Assembly (NCBI GenBank): GCA_963801355.1
Contig: CAWDEM010000008.1
Coordinates: 320,001-384,000 of the forward strand
Length of the DNA: 64,000 nt
Origin: Ignavibacteriota bacterium
GTDB taxonomy: Bacteria; Bacteroidota; Ignavibacteria; UBA10030; UBA6906
Direction of reading: 5' to 3'
Under the pieces are notes generated by a model, which saw only the letters and a program-made list of their open reading frames with translations, was not told the origin of the DNA and searched no databases. Within the stretch, counting starts at the first letter, position 1. Every line of letters begins with the position of its first letter. The position numbers were made by a program, and so were the translations under genes. This document shows positions 62,988-64,000 of the stretch, piece by piece.

Positions 62988-63301
62988 CCCGCCAAGCTTG
63001 ATAGGTCGAATGCGGGATTCCCGCGTCAGACCTGGAAGCGCACCTGAAACTTGCCTCCATCTGCACTCCCTCCTCTCCTGCGGGTATTGTCTTCCGTATT
63101 TACGCATCGTGGCTCGACACGGGAGTCATCGAGTTGCCGAGTGTTTTGTCCTTCGCACCACCCGATGGCCCTCTCTCTTCTGCATCAGGTCAACGGCTGG
63201 ATTCGGCGTATTCGCTTGGCATTGTTTTTCTGCACGTCACGCCTTGGTCTCGCGAGCACCGCCAGACTCACGGCGATCATCATTCACTTCGGGGAGGGAA
63301 T

Positions 63302-64000
63302 ATGAGAACCACGATCGCGATCCTAATCATTTTCTTGACCTCACTGGCTCAAGCAAAGGATTATCCACTCAAGGAGGGCGCTCCCGGAGGTCGTGCCGGA
63401 CTCCACGGCACATGCTGTGCAGCGCATCAGCCCCCAATGCTTCAAAGTCAGGACCCTTTGAACGCGCTGCTCGGCAATAACTCGGTGGGCTACACTCCTT
63501 GGGTCAATCACATCACCGGACTTCCCAGCACCTATTATGTGCAGGCGGTGCGAGCTGTTGACAGCAACATCGTTTGGGGGATTGCCGGCCTCTACGATAA
63601 GGCCAAGTTTGCTGTCCATTCGACGAATCGTGGAGCAACATGGACTTGCGACACCATCAAGATTGCCCCAACACTTTTTTGCAGCTCCGGCATCTATGCG
63701 CTTGATGCATCCAGGGCGTGGTTGCTAATGCACAACCACAGCGCTTTGGCAGGTGGCGGTGTCTTCAGGACAACCAATGGCGGGGTGACATGGAACGAAG
63801 ATACGACTGCTTTCAAGACTAAGAATGGCTGGGCCGATTTCATACATTTCTTTGATGCCAACAATGGCGTGTGTGTGGGCGATCCGCAAACCGGCTACTT
63901 TGAGATTTATACAACATCAAATGCCGGCGCAAGCTGGTCGCGTGTCCCAGAGGCGAATATTCCCGCGCCAAACAGTGGTGAGTACGCCATCATGAATCAG
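63302..64000 (+). CDS. Exported BNR/Asp-box beta-propeller protein (partial; likely T9SS cargo)
   Basis: GGAGGG RBS, signal peptide, STNRGATW, TTNGGVTW, TSNAGASW and IHFFDANNG motifs; open to the window end. Confidence 0.8.
   Translation, partial: MRTTIAILIIFLTSLAQAKDYPLKEGAPGGRAGLHGTCCAAHQPPMLQSQDPLNALLGNNSVGYTPWVNHITGLPSTYYVQAVRAVDSNIVWGIAGLYDKAKFAVHSTNRGATWTCDTIKIAPTLFCSSGIYALDASRAWLLMHNHSALAGGGVFRTTNGGVTWNEDTTAFKTKNGWADFIHFFDANNGVCVGDPQTGYFEIYTTSNAGASWSRVPEANIPAPNSGEYAIMNQ

Overview
GC-rich bacterial chromosome segment. T9SS type-A C-terminal domains (QNYPNPFNPST) together with canonical TTGACA/TAnnnT promoters and Shine-Dalgarno motifs point to an Ignavibacteria/Chlorobi-like member of Bacteroidota sensu lato (inference). 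Many genes are broken by 1-nt indels, most likely long-read consensus errors. Layout: (1) 1-12.5 kb, a uronic acid/hexosamine glycan-utilisation locus (SSS transporters, GH2 beta-glucuronidase, GH20, an uncharacterised helical-barrel enzyme, NagB, GH105, URO-D-like protein, NhaC-type transporter). (2) 12.5-15.7 kb, a mosaic of gene fragments and an integrase remnant beside tRNA-Ser(CGA). (3) 15.8-35.1 kb, a surface polysaccharide locus (2x gmd, fcl, a nucleotidyltransferase TA-like pair, GDP-mannose epimerase-like gene, flippase, GTs, Wzy/WaaL-like gene, priming transferase, ugd, uxs). (4) 35-41 kb, DUF2279/DUF1207-like envelope genes, two peroxiredoxins and a PTPS-II/folE/SDR pterin operon. 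(5) 40.9-49.2 kb, a six-gene operon: a very divergent Opp/Dpp-like ABC transporter plus two unexplained exported proteins. (6) 49-64 kb, a C1 peptidase, small genes, an orphan structured RNA candidate and T9SS cargo genes. Top leads: the six-gene ABC system, the promoter-to-terminator switch-like RNA at 51.84-51.95 kb, a 45-nt palindromic insert shared in-frame by two T9SS CTDs, the putative tetrahydrobiopterin operon and a phased TCCTACA operator array. All family calls come from motif recognition, with no database search.
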